Source: Thermoplasmata archaeon (GTDB lineage Archaea; Thermoplasmatota; Thermoplasmata; Lutacidiplasmatales; UBA184). From it: a DNA stretch of 64,000 nucleotides. The position numbers were made by a program, and so were the translations under genes. The stretch is taken from assembly GCA_052326445.1 (NCBI GenBank), contig JBKQNC010000011.1:65229-129228 (forward strand), written 5' to 3'. How positions within the stretch are numbered: position 1 is the first letter of the stretch; each line of letters starts with the position of its first letter. This document shows, in pieces, positions 1-9,711 of the stretch. The notes beneath the pieces were generated by a model. That model made no database searches. It saw only the letters and a program-made list of their open reading frames with translations, and was not told the DNA's origin.

Positions 1-394
1 AGTGGTAGCGGGCGCCGACCAGGGGCGAGCGCACGTTCCGGAATATTCCGCGGCCGTCGTGCCGGACCGGAGAGGTCTCGCCGTGGACCGGCGCAGGAGC
101 CCGCACGACCTTGGCCCCGTAGAAGTCGGCGATCAGTTGGTGCCCCAGGCACACGCCGAGGAACGCGCGCTCCCCCTGCCACCGCCGAAGGAGCTCCCGC
201 GACAGGCCGGTCACGCGGCGGTCCCGCGGGTGACCCGGGCCGGGGGAGAGGACGACCGCGTCGGGGTCGATTCGCAGGGCGCCGCGGAGGGACCCCGTCG
301 AGCGGTAGCAGGTCACCTCGGCCCCGTGCGTGGCGAGCGCTTGGGAGATGTTGTACACGAAAGAGTCCTCGTGGTCGATGAGCAGGACCTTCAC
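1..394 (-). CDS. trpG: Anthranilate synthase component II / class-I glutamine amidotransferase, truncated by window edge; GTG start at 394 overlaps trpE stop
   Basis: Reverse-strand translation VKVLLIDHEDSFVYNISQALATHGAEV...GVCLGHQLIADFYG has the typical TrpG/PabA N-terminus and catalytic Cys/His context. GGAGG Shine-Dalgarno sits upstream of the GTG start. Confidence 0.8.
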   Translation of the reverse strand, partial: MKVLLIDHEDSFVYNISQALATHGAEVTCYRSTGSLRGALRIDPDAVVLSPGPGHPRDRRVTGLSRELLRRWQGERAFLGVCLGHQLIADFYGAKVVRAPAPVHGETSPVRHDGRGIFRNVRSPLVGARYH

Positions 395-1587
395 GTTCCT
401 CCCCCCAGCAGACTGGCCTCAAGTTGACCGAGCTTCGTGAGGGTCTCGTCGAACTCCCGATCCCCGTCGGAGCCGTGGACGATGCCCGCACCCGCCGCCG
501 TGTACAGCCGAGCGCCCGCGGCGAAGGCGCTTCGGATCGTGAGGGCCCAGTCGGCCCGGCCGCCCGGTCGAAGCAGGCCGACCGAGCCGCCGTAGGGTCC
601 CCGCCAGGTCCTCTCCTCCCGACGAAGGAGTTCGACCGCCCGGATCTTCGGCGCCCCGCTGACCGTTCCGGCCGGGAAAGTCGCGGCCAAGGCGTCCCAC
701 GGACCCAACCCCGGACGCAGCTGCGCGCCGACCCGACTCACGAGGTGCTCGAGCTGGGCGTACCGAACTCTTCGTTCCTTCCATAAGACCCGGACCGACC
801 CGGCGCGCGCCACCCGACCGAGGTCATTCCGTGCGAGGTCGACCAGCATCCGATGTTCGGAGAGCTCCTTGGGGTCCTGGGGCAACGGCAACCGTCCCGG
901 ACCCGCCGCATGCGGCAGCGTGCCGGCGATCGGGTTCACGCGAGCGGTCGCTCCGACCAGTTCCACGACCGATTCGGGAGAGGCCCCGAGGATCTCCCGG
1001 TCGCCGGTGCGCAGGTAGTAGAAGTACGCGTACCGCTCGGCGTCCCGGAGCCGGCCCGCCCTCTCGAGAAGGTCGCCGGGGCGGCGCCAGGCGCGTCGGT
1101 GGGCCAGGACCACCTGGAACGCTTCTCCCTCCCGGATGGCGGCCCGGAGACGATTGACGCTGCGACAAAACCGGGACCGCGGCAGAGTATCCGACAGGGG
1201 CGGGCCCGGGGACCGGTCGACGGGAGCGCGAGACCGGGTCCGGCGAAGAGGCAGGTCGACCAATCGCGGATCCGAGGCAAGCACGAACTCGGCGCAGGGG
1301 AAGGGCGCACCGGCTGGGAACGCCCGCAGGGCCGGTTCCATCAGCCCGACTGCGTCGAACCCCAGGTATCCCATCGCGGCGACGCCCCGACCCCGCGCGA
1401 GATGCGCTTCGACCGCCCGACGGGTCGGTCCCAGACCGCTCCGGGGGGTCACGGAAGGAAGGCATTCTCCCCGGTCAAACCAGACCGCCTGTCCGCGCGG
1501 ACCGGCGTGACCCGCCGCCCGCTCGAAGTATCCGGCGCACTCCGAACCCGCCGCCCGTTCGGCAAACGTGGCCCACGGGTCGTTCAC
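391..1587 (-). CDS. trpE: Anthranilate synthase component I (chorismate-binding enzyme; TrpE/PabB family)
   Basis: 398-aa ORF with chorismate-binding-domain motifs (…GAGIVHGSDGDREFDETLTK…, SPESVVELVG…). The adjacent trpG and the surrounding aro cluster support the call. The ATGA overlap with the upstream AK stop suggests translational coupling. Confidence 0.75.
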   Translation of the reverse strand: MNDPWATFAERAAGSECAGYFERAAGHAGPRGQAVWFDRGECLPSVTPRSGLGPTRRAVEAHLARGRGVAAMGYLGFDAVGLMEPALRAFPAGAPFPCAEFVLASDPRLVDLPLRRTRSRAPVDRSPGPPLSDTLPRSRFCRSVNRLRAAIREGEAFQVVLAHRRAWRRPGDLLERAGRLRDAERYAYFYYLRTGDREILGASPESVVELVGATARVNPIAGTLPHAAGPGRLPLPQDPKELSEHRMLVDLARNDLGRVARAGSVRVLWKERRVRYAQLEHLVSRVGAQLRPGLGPWDALAATFPAGTVSGAPKIRAVELLRREERTWRGPYGGSVGLLRPGGRADWALTIRSAFAAGARLYTAAGAGIVHGSDGDREFDETLTKLGQLEASLLGGGT

Positions 1588-2909
1588 CGGGAATTCTCCT
1601 CCACGAGCGTGCGGTGGAGCTGTCTCAGCACCTCCGACCCTCGCTCCTCAGGCACGGCGAGGGAGAGCGCACGAGGCGTCGCACTGAACCCTTCCGCCGA
1701 GGAGATGACGGACGCCGGGACCCGGCTGACGTCCGACATCACCCCATCCCCGATGACCGTCACGAGCGCGACCCGGAACGGGCCCTCGACCATCGCTGCG
1801 GCCTCTCGGGTGAGGGGCGCAAGGGCACGGAGCGCGGCCACGACCTGCGGTGGTTCCAGGACGAGGCAGAGGAGCGCGGACGAGGTATACAGTTGGACGA
1901 GGTTGATGCTCGCGGCGGCCACCCGCATGGAGACCTCGGCGACGATCCCCGGGCGTTGTCGGCCCCCGGGCACTCGAAGCCGGAGCAATCGCAGCGGCGC
2001 GAGCAGGGTCAGAGCCCGATTGTGCCGCTCGGTCCGAGAAGGTCCGATGGTCGTGACCACCCGCGGGTCCTCCAACGATCGTACCCGCAGCACGATGTTC
2101 TGGGCGCGGGCCGGCTCGATGGTGAGCGGGTGCAGGACGCGGGCACCGAACTGGGCGAGCTCCTCCGCCTCTTCGTACGAAAGCTCGGGGATCGGAAGGG
2201 CGGTGGGAACCTCTCGGGGGTCGGCGGAGAAGACGGCCACGTGGCGCTTGACGAGCTCGACCCGCTCGGCCCGCAAGATCGCCCCGATGCCGGCGGCCGC
2301 GTAGTCGGAGCCCCCGCGGCCGAGGGTGGCGACCCGGCCCTCCAAGCTCCGTCCGAAGTAGCCGGTCACGACCGGCAGATCCCCTCGCCGGAGGAGGCGG
2401 CCGAGTCCGAGCCGTACGGCCGGTCCGGACCGGTCGAAGAGGATGCAGGAGGCCCCGTACGTGTTGTCCGTGATCAGGCCGAGGTGGTCGGCTTCGACCG
2501 CGACCGCGGGCAGGTGGGCACGGCGGAGGGTCTGGACCAGCCAATCCACCGAGAGACGTTCGCCCTGGCTGAGGATGCGGTCGGAAAGCGGCGCGTCGGT
2601 TCCGGGGGTCCGCTCCGCGAGCTGGAAGAGTTGCTCGAGGCGGGTCAGGTGCCGTCGGCCCGCGGGGGAGAGTCCGGGATGCTTCTCTCTCAGCTCCGCC
2701 ACGATCGCACGGTGGAGCGTCGCCGACCTTGCGTGACGCATCCCCGACATGAGACGGTCGGTGACCCCGTCGCGCGCCGAGGCCACGACGACGAGGGGTC
2801 GCCCTTCGCTCAATGCTGTCCGAACGTCGGAAACGACCCGAGCCGGATCGGCGAGCGACGCGCCGCCGAACTTCAGCACGATCGGGCGACGCCGGGCCAC
2901 GGTCCTCAC
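1584..2909 (-). CDS. lysC: Aspartate kinase with C-terminal ACT domains; real start is the GTG at 2909, and the upstream R/P-rich extension of the ORF is not coding
   Basis: The N-terminal IVLKFGGASL…VVVASA(R)DGVTDRL motif is the AK signature, followed by C-terminal ACT repeats. GTGA start/stop overlap with asd. Confidence 0.85.
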   Translation of the reverse strand: MRTVARRRPIVLKFGGASLADPARVVSDVRTALSEGRPLVVVASARDGVTDRLMSGMRHARSATLHRAIVAELREKHPGLSPAGRRHLTRLEQLFQLAERTPGTDAPLSDRILSQGERLSVDWLVQTLRRAHLPAVAVEADHLGLITDNTYGASCILFDRSGPAVRLGLGRLLRRGDLPVVTGYFGRSLEGRVATLGRGGSDYAAAGIGAILRAERVELVKRHVAVFSADPREVPTALPIPELSYEEAEELAQFGARVLHPLTIEPARAQNIVLRVRSLEDPRVVTTIGPSRTERHNRALTLLAPLRLLRLRVPGGRQRPGIVAEVSMRVAAASINLVQLYTSSALLCLVLEPPQVVAALRALAPLTREAAAMVEGPFRVALVTVIGDGVMSDVSRVPASVISSAEGFSATPRALSLAVPEERGSEVLRQLHRTLVEENSR

Positions 2910-3979
2910 CGGCTCCGAAGGGGGATCGCGTTCCGGGCGAGGGCGTATTCGGCGTTCAGGACCGAACCTCCGGCTCCGCCGCGGACCGCGTTGTGCGAGA
3001 GGATGAAGAACCGGAGGAACGGCGGGTCCCAGCGGACCCGACCCACGACGGCGGCCATTCCTCGGGCTCGGGTCGGGTGACCCGCCCAGCGGTCGCGCAA
3101 GGGTTGCGGCCGGTCGACCGCCGCACGGAGCTCGACCGGCGGGTGCGGCGCCGTCGGCAGGTCCAGGTCCGCGAGCGGGTCGAACCGCGTCCAGGCGGCC
3201 TCGATGGTCGACCGGGTGGGCCGGGCGGCGGTTTCGACCGTGACGGCCTCGAGGTGTCCTTCGCGGGTCGCGACCCGGGCGCAGTGGGCCACCACCCGCG
3301 GCGGCCAGGGGACGACGGCTCGGCTCCGGCGATGGCCGAGGAGCCGCGCCGTCTCGCGTTCGACCTTCTCCTCCTCCTCCCGGATGAAGGGGATCACGTT
3401 GTCCGAGATCGCGAGCGATGGCACCCCCGGGTAGCCGGCGCCCGAGATCGACTGGAAGGTCGTGACATGGACGGTCCGGGGGCGGAGGAGCGGAACGAGC
3501 GGAGCCAGGCCAAGGACGAGGCCGGTCGTCGCGCAATTCGGGTTCGTGACCAGAAGACCACGCCCCCCGCGCGGAGGAGAGGCGAGCGCCAGGTGGTCCC
3601 CGTTGACCTCGGGAACCAGTAACGCCGCGCCCGGTTCGAGGCGGTGGTCCGAGGCGTTGGAGAACACTGAAACCCCGCGTCGCACGAGCTCCTTCTCGAA
3701 GGGTCCGGCCGTTCCGGAGGGAAGTGCGGAGAAGACGATGCGGACCCCGGAACGCGCAAGGGCGGCCGGGGTTTCGGAGCGGAGACGTACCGTTTCCAGC
3801 TCCGGAGGAGCAGCTTCCGGCAACAGCCAGACGTCGCCGAGCGCCTGCCCTCGGGAACGTTCGCCGCCCAGGAGCTGGGGAGCGCCGAAGCGGGGATGGG
3901 CGCTCAACAAGCGCGAGAAGTGTTGCCCGATGTAGCCGCTCGCCCCCAGGATCGCCGTGGGGATCGGGGTGTCGCTCAC
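2906..3979 (-). CDS. asd: Aspartate-semialdehyde dehydrogenase
   Basis: Contains ILGASGYIGQ (NAD(P)-binding) and the catalytic Cys context TNPNCATTGLV. GTG start at 3979 overlaps the aroC stop. Confidence 0.85.
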   Translation of the reverse strand: MSDTPIPTAILGASGYIGQHFSRLLSAHPRFGAPQLLGGERSRGQALGDVWLLPEAAPPELETVRLRSETPAALARSGVRIVFSALPSGTAGPFEKELVRRGVSVFSNASDHRLEPGAALLVPEVNGDHLALASPPRGGRGLLVTNPNCATTGLVLGLAPLVPLLRPRTVHVTTFQSISGAGYPGVPSLAISDNVIPFIREEEEKVERETARLLGHRRSRAVVPWPPRVVAHCARVATREGHLEAVTVETAARPTRSTIEAAWTRFDPLADLDLPTAPHPPVELRAAVDRPQPLRDRWAGHPTRARGMAAVVGRVRWDPPFLRFFILSHNAVRGGAGGSVLNAEYALARNAIPLRSR

Positions 3980-5061
3980 GGCAGGAAGCCTCCTCGCAGC
4001 CCCAGGTCGGCCAGCGCGAAGGCGGTCATGCTCTCCAGTACCCCGACCGCCCGGGGGACGATGCATGGGTCATGACGACCAGTCACCGTCAGCGACGTCT
4101 CCGTGTGTCGAGCCAGGTCAACCGAGCGTTGCGGTCGCGCGATCGAGGAGGTCGGTTTGACCGCGGCCCGGACGATGAGCGGCATGCCGGTCGCGAGCCC
4201 GCCGAGGATCCCCCCGGCGTGATTCGTCAGGGTCCGGACCCGCTCCCCCTCCCAGATGAACGGGTCGTTGTGCTCGCTTCCCCGGAGGCGGGCGGCCCGG
4301 AATCCGGCGCCGAACTCCACCGCCTTCACCGCGGGGACCGAGAAGAGGGCATGGGAGACGACGCTCTCGATCGAATCGAAGAAGGGTTCTCCGAGTCCCA
4401 CCGGAAGGCCCGTCGCTCGGACCTCGACGACGCCCCCCAAGCTGTCGCCGTCCCGGCGCGCCAGGAGGACCGCCTCCTCCATTCGGGCGGCCGCCGAGAG
4501 ATCCGGGGTTTCCACCTCGTTCGTTGCAGCCCGGGATCGGAGGGTCGCGAGGTCGAGGTCGTCCGGGACGTCCGCATCGATCGGGCCGATCGAGCGGGTG
4601 AAGGCGACCACGTCGACGCCACGGGCCGCGAGCAGCCCCCGGGCGAGCGTGCCCGCGATGACCAGACCCACGGTCATCCGGCCGGAGAAGATCCCTCCCC
4701 CGCTCAGGTCCGCTTTCTCGCCGTACCGCACGCGCGCCGGAAAGTCGGCGTGGCCCGGTCGAGGGACGTCCGCCCGCCGGTCGTAGGGCTCACGACGAAC
4801 GTCCGTGTTGAGGACGTGGGCCCGGAACGGACGTCCGTCGGAGCGACCGTCGAGGACGCCCCGGTCGACGATCAACTGGTCTTCCTCCTGACGTCGCGTG
4901 GCCAGGCGCCGGCCCACCGGGCGTCGCCGGTCGAGCTGGTGCTGGATCGTCTCCAGTGAAATGGGAGTCCCCGCAGGAAGCCCCTCCACCTCGACGCCCA
5001 CTTCCGGCCCGTGGCTGGACCCGAACACCGTCATCTTCAGTCGAACCCCGAATTGCATCAT
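3976..5061 (-). CDS. aroC: Chorismate synthase
   Basis: Contains FGSSHGPEVGVEVEGLPAG, RRPVGRRLATRRQEED…, GRHDPCIVPRAVGV, all conserved chorismate synthase motifs. ATGA overlap with the aroA stop. Confidence 0.9.
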   Translation of the reverse strand: MMQFGVRLKMTVFGSSHGPEVGVEVEGLPAGTPISLETIQHQLDRRRPVGRRLATRRQEEDQLIVDRGVLDGRSDGRPFRAHVLNTDVRREPYDRRADVPRPGHADFPARVRYGEKADLSGGGIFSGRMTVGLVIAGTLARGLLAARGVDVVAFTRSIGPIDADVPDDLDLATLRSRAATNEVETPDLSAAARMEEAVLLARRDGDSLGGVVEVRATGLPVGLGEPFFDSIESVVSHALFSVPAVKAVEFGAGFRAARLRGSEHNDPFIWEGERVRTLTNHAGGILGGLATGMPLIVRAAVKPTSSIARPQRSVDLARHTETSLTVTGRHDPCIVPRAVGVLESMTAFALADLGLRGGFLP

Positions 5062-6326
5062 AGTTCCCGCACCTCGGCTCCCAACTTTCGTAACGCCAGC
5101 CAGAACTCAGGGAACGACTTTCTCGTCGCCTCCGCCGGGCCGACCTGGCTGGGGCCGCTTCCGGCAAGGGCTCCGACGGCGGCACTCATGACCATCCGGT
5201 GGTCCTCGAGATGGGAGAGACGGATCGCTTTCGGGGATAGGATCCCCGTGACCACCAGGCCGGCTCGCGTTTCACGGACCGATGCCCCGAGGGCCCGGAT
5301 CAACCGGACCGTTCCGGCCCGCCGATCGGATTCCTTGTGCGCCACGTGGGGAGCGCCAGAGATCCGGCTCCTACCGGGCGCCACGGCGGCTAGGACCCCG
5401 ACGAGGGGGTAGAGGTCCGGTGTATCGGTCAGGTCGACCGAGAATGGGTGGCGACCCCCGGCCGTAACCCTCACCCAATCGCGTCCGGAGGAGACGTGAG
5501 CACCGAACGCGCGGAGTAGTGGGAGTATCGCCCGGTCGGCCTGGGGCCACTGTTCGGAAATGCCATCCACCCGGACGGGGCCCTCTGCGAGGGCTGCCGC
5601 CGCCCAGAAGTACGCTGCGCTGGAGGCATCGCCCGGAACTCGGAAGCGCGATCCGTGGTAGCGCTGGCCCCCTCGTATGAAGTACGACCGGGGCCGACGC
5701 GTCACCCGGACTCCATGATGGCGCAGCAGTGCGAGGGTCGCGTCGATGTACGGGGCGGAGACGACCTCGCCCGTCAGTTCGAGGTGGGAATCCTCGTCGA
5801 GGGTGGGGAGCGTCAGGAGGAGTGACGAGACGAATTGCGAACTGTCCGACGCATCGAGCCGGACGCGGCCTCCCCGAAGTGGGCCGCATATGTCGATCGG
5901 TAAACCTGCCGGGGCAACCCGCACGGAAGCGCCGAGGGTGGACAGCGCGCGAAGAAGTCCACGCATGGGTCGGGCTCCGAGGCGGGCTCGTCCGTTGAAA
6001 CGGATCGGGCGGCCGCCGCGCGCGGCCACTGCGGAGAGGAAACGAAGCGTGGTCCCGGACTCGCCGCAATCTACGGTGGCGTGCCGGGGACCGACCTTCC
6101 GTCCGGGCCGGACCACCCAGGCGCCCCGGTCGAAATCCACCGTCGAACCCAGGGGCCCGAGGGCATCGGCGGTCGCCCGAGTGTCGTCGGCGTCCAACGG
6201 ATCCTCGACCCGGAACCGACGGCCGGAGAGGTGGCCGACCACGAGCGCGCGATGGGTGTAGCTCTTCGACGGTGGGGCGCGGACCCGACCGGTGACCGGC
6301 CCGGGAACGAGTCGGACTCGGGTCAT
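5058..6326 (-). CDS. aroA: 3-phosphoshikimate 1-carboxyvinyltransferase (EPSP synthase), 422 aa from the ATG at 6326; upstream ORF extension is junk
   Basis: PSKSYTHRALV… and LDCGESGTTLRFL-like motifs, with the EPSPS fold pattern throughout. ATGA overlap with the aroK stop. Confidence 0.9.
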   Translation of the reverse strand: MTRVRLVPGPVTGRVRAPPSKSYTHRALVVGHLSGRRFRVEDPLDADDTRATADALGPLGSTVDFDRGAWVVRPGRKVGPRHATVDCGESGTTLRFLSAVAARGGRPIRFNGRARLGARPMRGLLRALSTLGASVRVAPAGLPIDICGPLRGGRVRLDASDSSQFVSSLLLTLPTLDEDSHLELTGEVVSAPYIDATLALLRHHGVRVTRRPRSYFIRGGQRYHGSRFRVPGDASSAAYFWAAAALAEGPVRVDGISEQWPQADRAILPLLRAFGAHVSSGRDWVRVTAGGRHPFSVDLTDTPDLYPLVGVLAAVAPGRSRISGAPHVAHKESDRRAGTVRLIRALGASVRETRAGLVVTGILSPKAIRLSHLEDHRMVMSAAVGALAGSGPSQVGPAEATRKSFPEFWLALRKLGAEVREL

Positions 6327-7168
6327 GGGTGCTCCTCCGACGTGAGCGGGACCATGAATCGTTCGGGCGGCAGAGAATCGAGGACCGCCGGGGCCCGTGC
6401 CTGAGGAACAAGCGAGACGAGCGCCGGTCCGAGACCGCTCACCCCGCTCGCGACCGCGCCCAAGTTCCGAAGGCGCTCGCGGATGTCGCGGTAGTCGTAG
6501 CCCATGACCCGCTCGACCAGGATCGTGTTCTGTTCCATCGCGTCGGACCAGGATCCGTCGCGCGCCGAGCGGGCCGCTCCCTCGGCCTCCGCCGCCCTCC
6601 GACGGAAGCGCTCCGCGACCGACGGAGACGCCGGATGGGTCCCCGCCGGAACGTGGACGACCGCCGTCCAGTCGGGATCGGCCGCGGACCGTCGAAGCAA
6701 CTCCCCGGTTCGGTTGTCCGTCACGACGAACCCCGGCACGAGACCGGCGAGGGCGTCGTCGAAGGCCCCGGTCGCGCTCACCCCCACCTCGCGACCCACC
6801 TGGGCCGCCATCCGCGCGACCTCGAGGGGGCCGAGGGGGGATCGGAGCGCGTCCGCGGCGGCGCGGATCGTGGCCGTTGCGACCGCGCTCGAACTCTTCA
6901 GTCCCTTGGCGACCGGGATCTCCGAGTCCAGCTGGAGATGGGCCAAGAACCCGCCCCCGGGGTGGAGCCGGCTGAAAGCGGTTTCGAGAGAGCGAAGGAC
7001 GACGGGAGTCTGCGAGGCGGCCGGCTCCACGTTCACCTGGGTGGTGTCCCTCGGCTCGAGCTCGAGCACGGCGGCGGCATAGAGGCGGACGCCGTGCGCG
7101 CAACCGATCCCCGTGGGGATCGCGTTCACGATCGAGATCGCGGCCGAGGAGCGACCTACGCCGCGCAT
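6323..7168 (-). CDS. aroK: Archaeal-type shikimate kinase (GHMP kinase superfamily)
   Basis: ISIVNAIPTGIGCAHGV… and the GHMP ATP-binding loop P-x-AKGLKSSSAVATA. It sits inside the aro operon, as in methanogens. Confidence 0.8.
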   Translation of the reverse strand: MRGVGRSSAAISIVNAIPTGIGCAHGVRLYAAAVLELEPRDTTQVNVEPAASQTPVVLRSLETAFSRLHPGGGFLAHLQLDSEIPVAKGLKSSSAVATATIRAAADALRSPLGPLEVARMAAQVGREVGVSATGAFDDALAGLVPGFVVTDNRTGELLRRSAADPDWTAVVHVPAGTHPASPSVAERFRRRAAEAEGAARSARDGSWSDAMEQNTILVERVMGYDYRDIRERLRNLGAVASGVSGLGPALVSLVPQARAPAVLDSLPPERFMVPLTSEEHP

Positions 7169-8667
7169 CCGACCTCCTCAAGCACGGCGCGGACCGCTTC
7201 GGCGGGCGGGGGCGATCCCCACCAGCGTGCAAAGCTGGCCGCCGCTTGATAGACGAGCAGACGCTCTCCGCTCTCGTACCGTGCGCCGGCCGTCCGGGCG
7301 ACCTCCGCAAGCCCCGGGTCGGCGGGGCGGTAGACCCAGTCTAGCAGGTACGAGCCGGGGCCCAGGAGGCGCGAGAGGGGCAAGGAGAGCGGGCTGGCGG
7401 ATTCTGCGCCCGCAGGGGTCGCGTGGACGACCAACGCCGTCGGCGTGGCATCGGCCGGCGCCCCGACCTCGGCTCCGAAGGTCCGCGCGACCTCCTCGGC
7501 GCGCTCACTCCGACGGGCCAGGATGGTGGCTCGCGCCCCGAGGGCACGTGCGGCATAGAGCGTGGCCCGGCCAGCGCCGCCGGCCCCGAGGACGGTCAGA
7601 CGGTCACCATCCCAAATCCGCTCCGACCGGAGCTCCTCGAGACGCCGGGTGATCGCGAGCACATCCGTGTTCTCGGCTTCCCACCGGCCCCTCGTGTAGG
7701 TGAGGCAGTTGGCCGCGTCGCACGTCACCGCGGTCCGGGAAGACTCATGGGCCAATGTGAGGGCGGCGGCCTTGCAGGGATGGGTCACGTTGACCCCCCG
7801 GAAGCCGAGCCCCCCCAACCGGGCCACCACACTCCGAAGTTCCGCTTCGGAAGTGATCTCGAGAGGAAGGTAGAGACCGTTCCGTGCCGTCGCGACGATC
7901 CAGCGGTCGTGGATGGCGGGGCTCAGGGAATGGAACACGGGATGGCCGAGCACGGCGAACAAGGGCGGGTCGGCAGGGTCGGCGAAGAACCGTTGCAGAC
8001 GGTCGACCGGGATCTGGGTCGGCTCGACCGCGCGGGGACCGTTCGACCGGGCGTTCTCGGGCAAGGCGGCATAGACGAGAGGCAGACCCAGCTTCTTCCC
8101 CAATGCGCGCAGCAGCGGGCCGGAGCTTCCCGTGGTGTGAAGGACTCGATCGTGGGGATGGGTGAGCCGCTGTACTACCGGAATCAAATCGTCGATGGCG
8201 ACCTCCACCGAAGCCGGCAGCACGAGTTTCCGAATGGTACCGGGGGTCACCGGTGCTTCGAGCTCGCGCACGACGTCGGAAACCTTGGTTCCCGGCGCAA
8301 AGTGGGTGGAGCGGATCGTTCCGAACGCCGTGACTCCTGACCGAGCCTGGGCGACAGGCGGGTCGCGAGCAGCCTCGAGGTCCAGCCACTCGAAGGGGAA
8401 GGTCGCCAGCCAGGCGAGAAGGGAGGCCCGATCCCCCGGTTCGTCCGGACCCTCCCCTCCTTCGGTCCGGGAGCGTAGGGTCGCCATGAGCGGCAACGAC
8501 GACGGGAACAAGGCGCCTACCTGCGCACGTTCCGCCGCGGTCCAGAGGTCGATCCGCACCTCGGCGAGGTTCGCTCCCGCTGATCGAGCTTCCTCGATTT
8601 GCCGACGCGCCTCCGCCACGGAGCGGGCGGGGAGAGTGGCAACCAGACGGGGAGGGCCGACGATCAC
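7156..8667 (-). CDS. aroDE: Bifunctional 3-dehydroquinate dehydratase (type I) / shikimate 5-dehydrogenase fusion; GTG start at 8667 overlaps the aroB' stop
   Basis: N-terminal half has LRSRTEGGEG and the lysine context TIRKLVLPAS of type I DHQase. C-terminal half has LFAVLGHPVFHSLSPAIH, GVNVTHPCK and VLGAGGAGRA, the SDH signatures. Confidence 0.8.
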   Translation of the reverse strand: MIVGPPRLVATLPARSVAEARRQIEEARSAGANLAEVRIDLWTAAERAQVGALFPSSLPLMATLRSRTEGGEGPDEPGDRASLLAWLATFPFEWLDLEAARDPPVAQARSGVTAFGTIRSTHFAPGTKVSDVVRELEAPVTPGTIRKLVLPASVEVAIDDLIPVVQRLTHPHDRVLHTTGSSGPLLRALGKKLGLPLVYAALPENARSNGPRAVEPTQIPVDRLQRFFADPADPPLFAVLGHPVFHSLSPAIHDRWIVATARNGLYLPLEITSEAELRSVVARLGGLGFRGVNVTHPCKAAALTLAHESSRTAVTCDAANCLTYTRGRWEAENTDVLAITRRLEELRSERIWDGDRLTVLGAGGAGRATLYAARALGARATILARRSERAEEVARTFGAEVGAPADATPTALVVHATPAGAESASPLSLPLSRLLGPGSYLLDWVYRPADPGLAEVARTAGARYESGERLLVYQAAASFARWWGSPPPAEAVRAVLEEVGCAA

Positions 8668-9704
8668 CGCTCCTCGATCGTCTCGTCCACGGGTTGTCCG
8701 AGATGCCGAGCGGCCGGCAGGCGAACGCCCCGAACCGACGTGCCGACCCGGAGTTCGGTCGTCGGCGTGGGACCCTCGGTCGTCGTCAGTCGGACCGACT
8801 CCGCCTCCTGGAGGAAGATAGTCCTCGGCGCCCCGCGGTCGTCGGCCCGTACGAGGACCATCGGGCGCCGCTCGACCTTGATCCGGCCCACCCGGACCGA
8901 ACGGATGGAGGCGTCCGGCTTGGCCACCAACACCGCGTCTCCGGCCGCGAGCTCGGACAGGTAGCGGGTCGAACCGTCCGGGAGCAGCACGTACGAGTGG
9001 GCCGAGCCAGCGTTCACACGGAACGGGCGCGGCCGGCTGAACTTGGAGCCCAGGGCTTCGCTCGCGACGTGGAAGAGGAATGCGGCGGCGCTGCCGACGA
9101 GGAGACCCTCCTCGGGGCGCAGGAGCGAGGTCGTGTCGACGAGGACGCGATCCCCGAGGCCCGCCGGTGCGACCGAGAGCAGCGGAACGGTCGACCACTC
9201 CAGGCGGGAGGGAAGAGGGCCCTCGACCAGGCTTTCCAAATGGTCGATCCCCTCCGGAGTGGTCACATCCACGATGACGAGGTCTGCCCCGTGTTCGAGA
9301 GCGCCCAGCGCCCCCGGCACCTCAGCCGGAGAACGGGCGACGACCCAGAGGGTGAAGCGTTGGCCCCGCGCGGCGACCGCGTTCTCGAGGGGGATCACAC
9401 GGTCCGCGGTCCATTCGATGGCGAGGACCCCGCCCGAGGGAGCGCTCTGGAGCGCGCCCGTGAGCTCCCCTTCCGTGTCCACCCGGGTGATCGGGATCGG
9501 AATCGCCGAGCCGCCGGGGTCGAGCGAGCCCGCCCTTTCCTGGATCACGATGTCATCGGGGTCATGGGGCTGGCCGGATTGGGTCGTCGAGAGGACGAAC
9601 CGATGGAACCCTCGCTGGCGAGCGCGTTCGAGGATCGCCCCGGTACCGTCCGGGGTCGCGGTTCGCGGGCGAATCGCGACTCGATCCCGCGACATCGCCC
9701 CCAC
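8664..9704 (-). CDS. aroB': 3-dehydroquinate synthase II (archaeal aroB', ADH-dependent)
   Basis: 346 aa with the DHQS-II-like fold, adjacent to ADH synthase; this matches the MJ1249-family arrangement. Confidence 0.7.
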   Translation of the reverse strand: MGAMSRDRVAIRPRTATPDGTGAILERARQRGFHRFVLSTTQSGQPHDPDDIVIQERAGSLDPGGSAIPIPITRVDTEGELTGALQSAPSGGVLAIEWTADRVIPLENAVAARGQRFTLWVVARSPAEVPGALGALEHGADLVIVDVTTPEGIDHLESLVEGPLPSRLEWSTVPLLSVAPAGLGDRVLVDTTSLLRPEEGLLVGSAAAFLFHVASEALGSKFSRPRPFRVNAGSAHSYVLLPDGSTRYLSELAAGDAVLVAKPDASIRSVRVGRIKVERRPMVLVRADDRGAPRTIFLQEAESVRLTTTEGPTPTTELRVGTSVRGVRLPAARHLGQPVDETIEER

Positions 9705-9711
9705 CCTCCGT

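Noticed and set aside
853-2304. 483-aa + strand ORF (and 1614..3080, 1648..2544, 2813..3622, 3724..4959) overlapping trpE/AK/asd/aroC
   Set aside because: R/G/P/S-rich low-complexity translations with no motifs. They are antisense or out-of-frame to genes with clear homology, which is the typical high-GC artefact.
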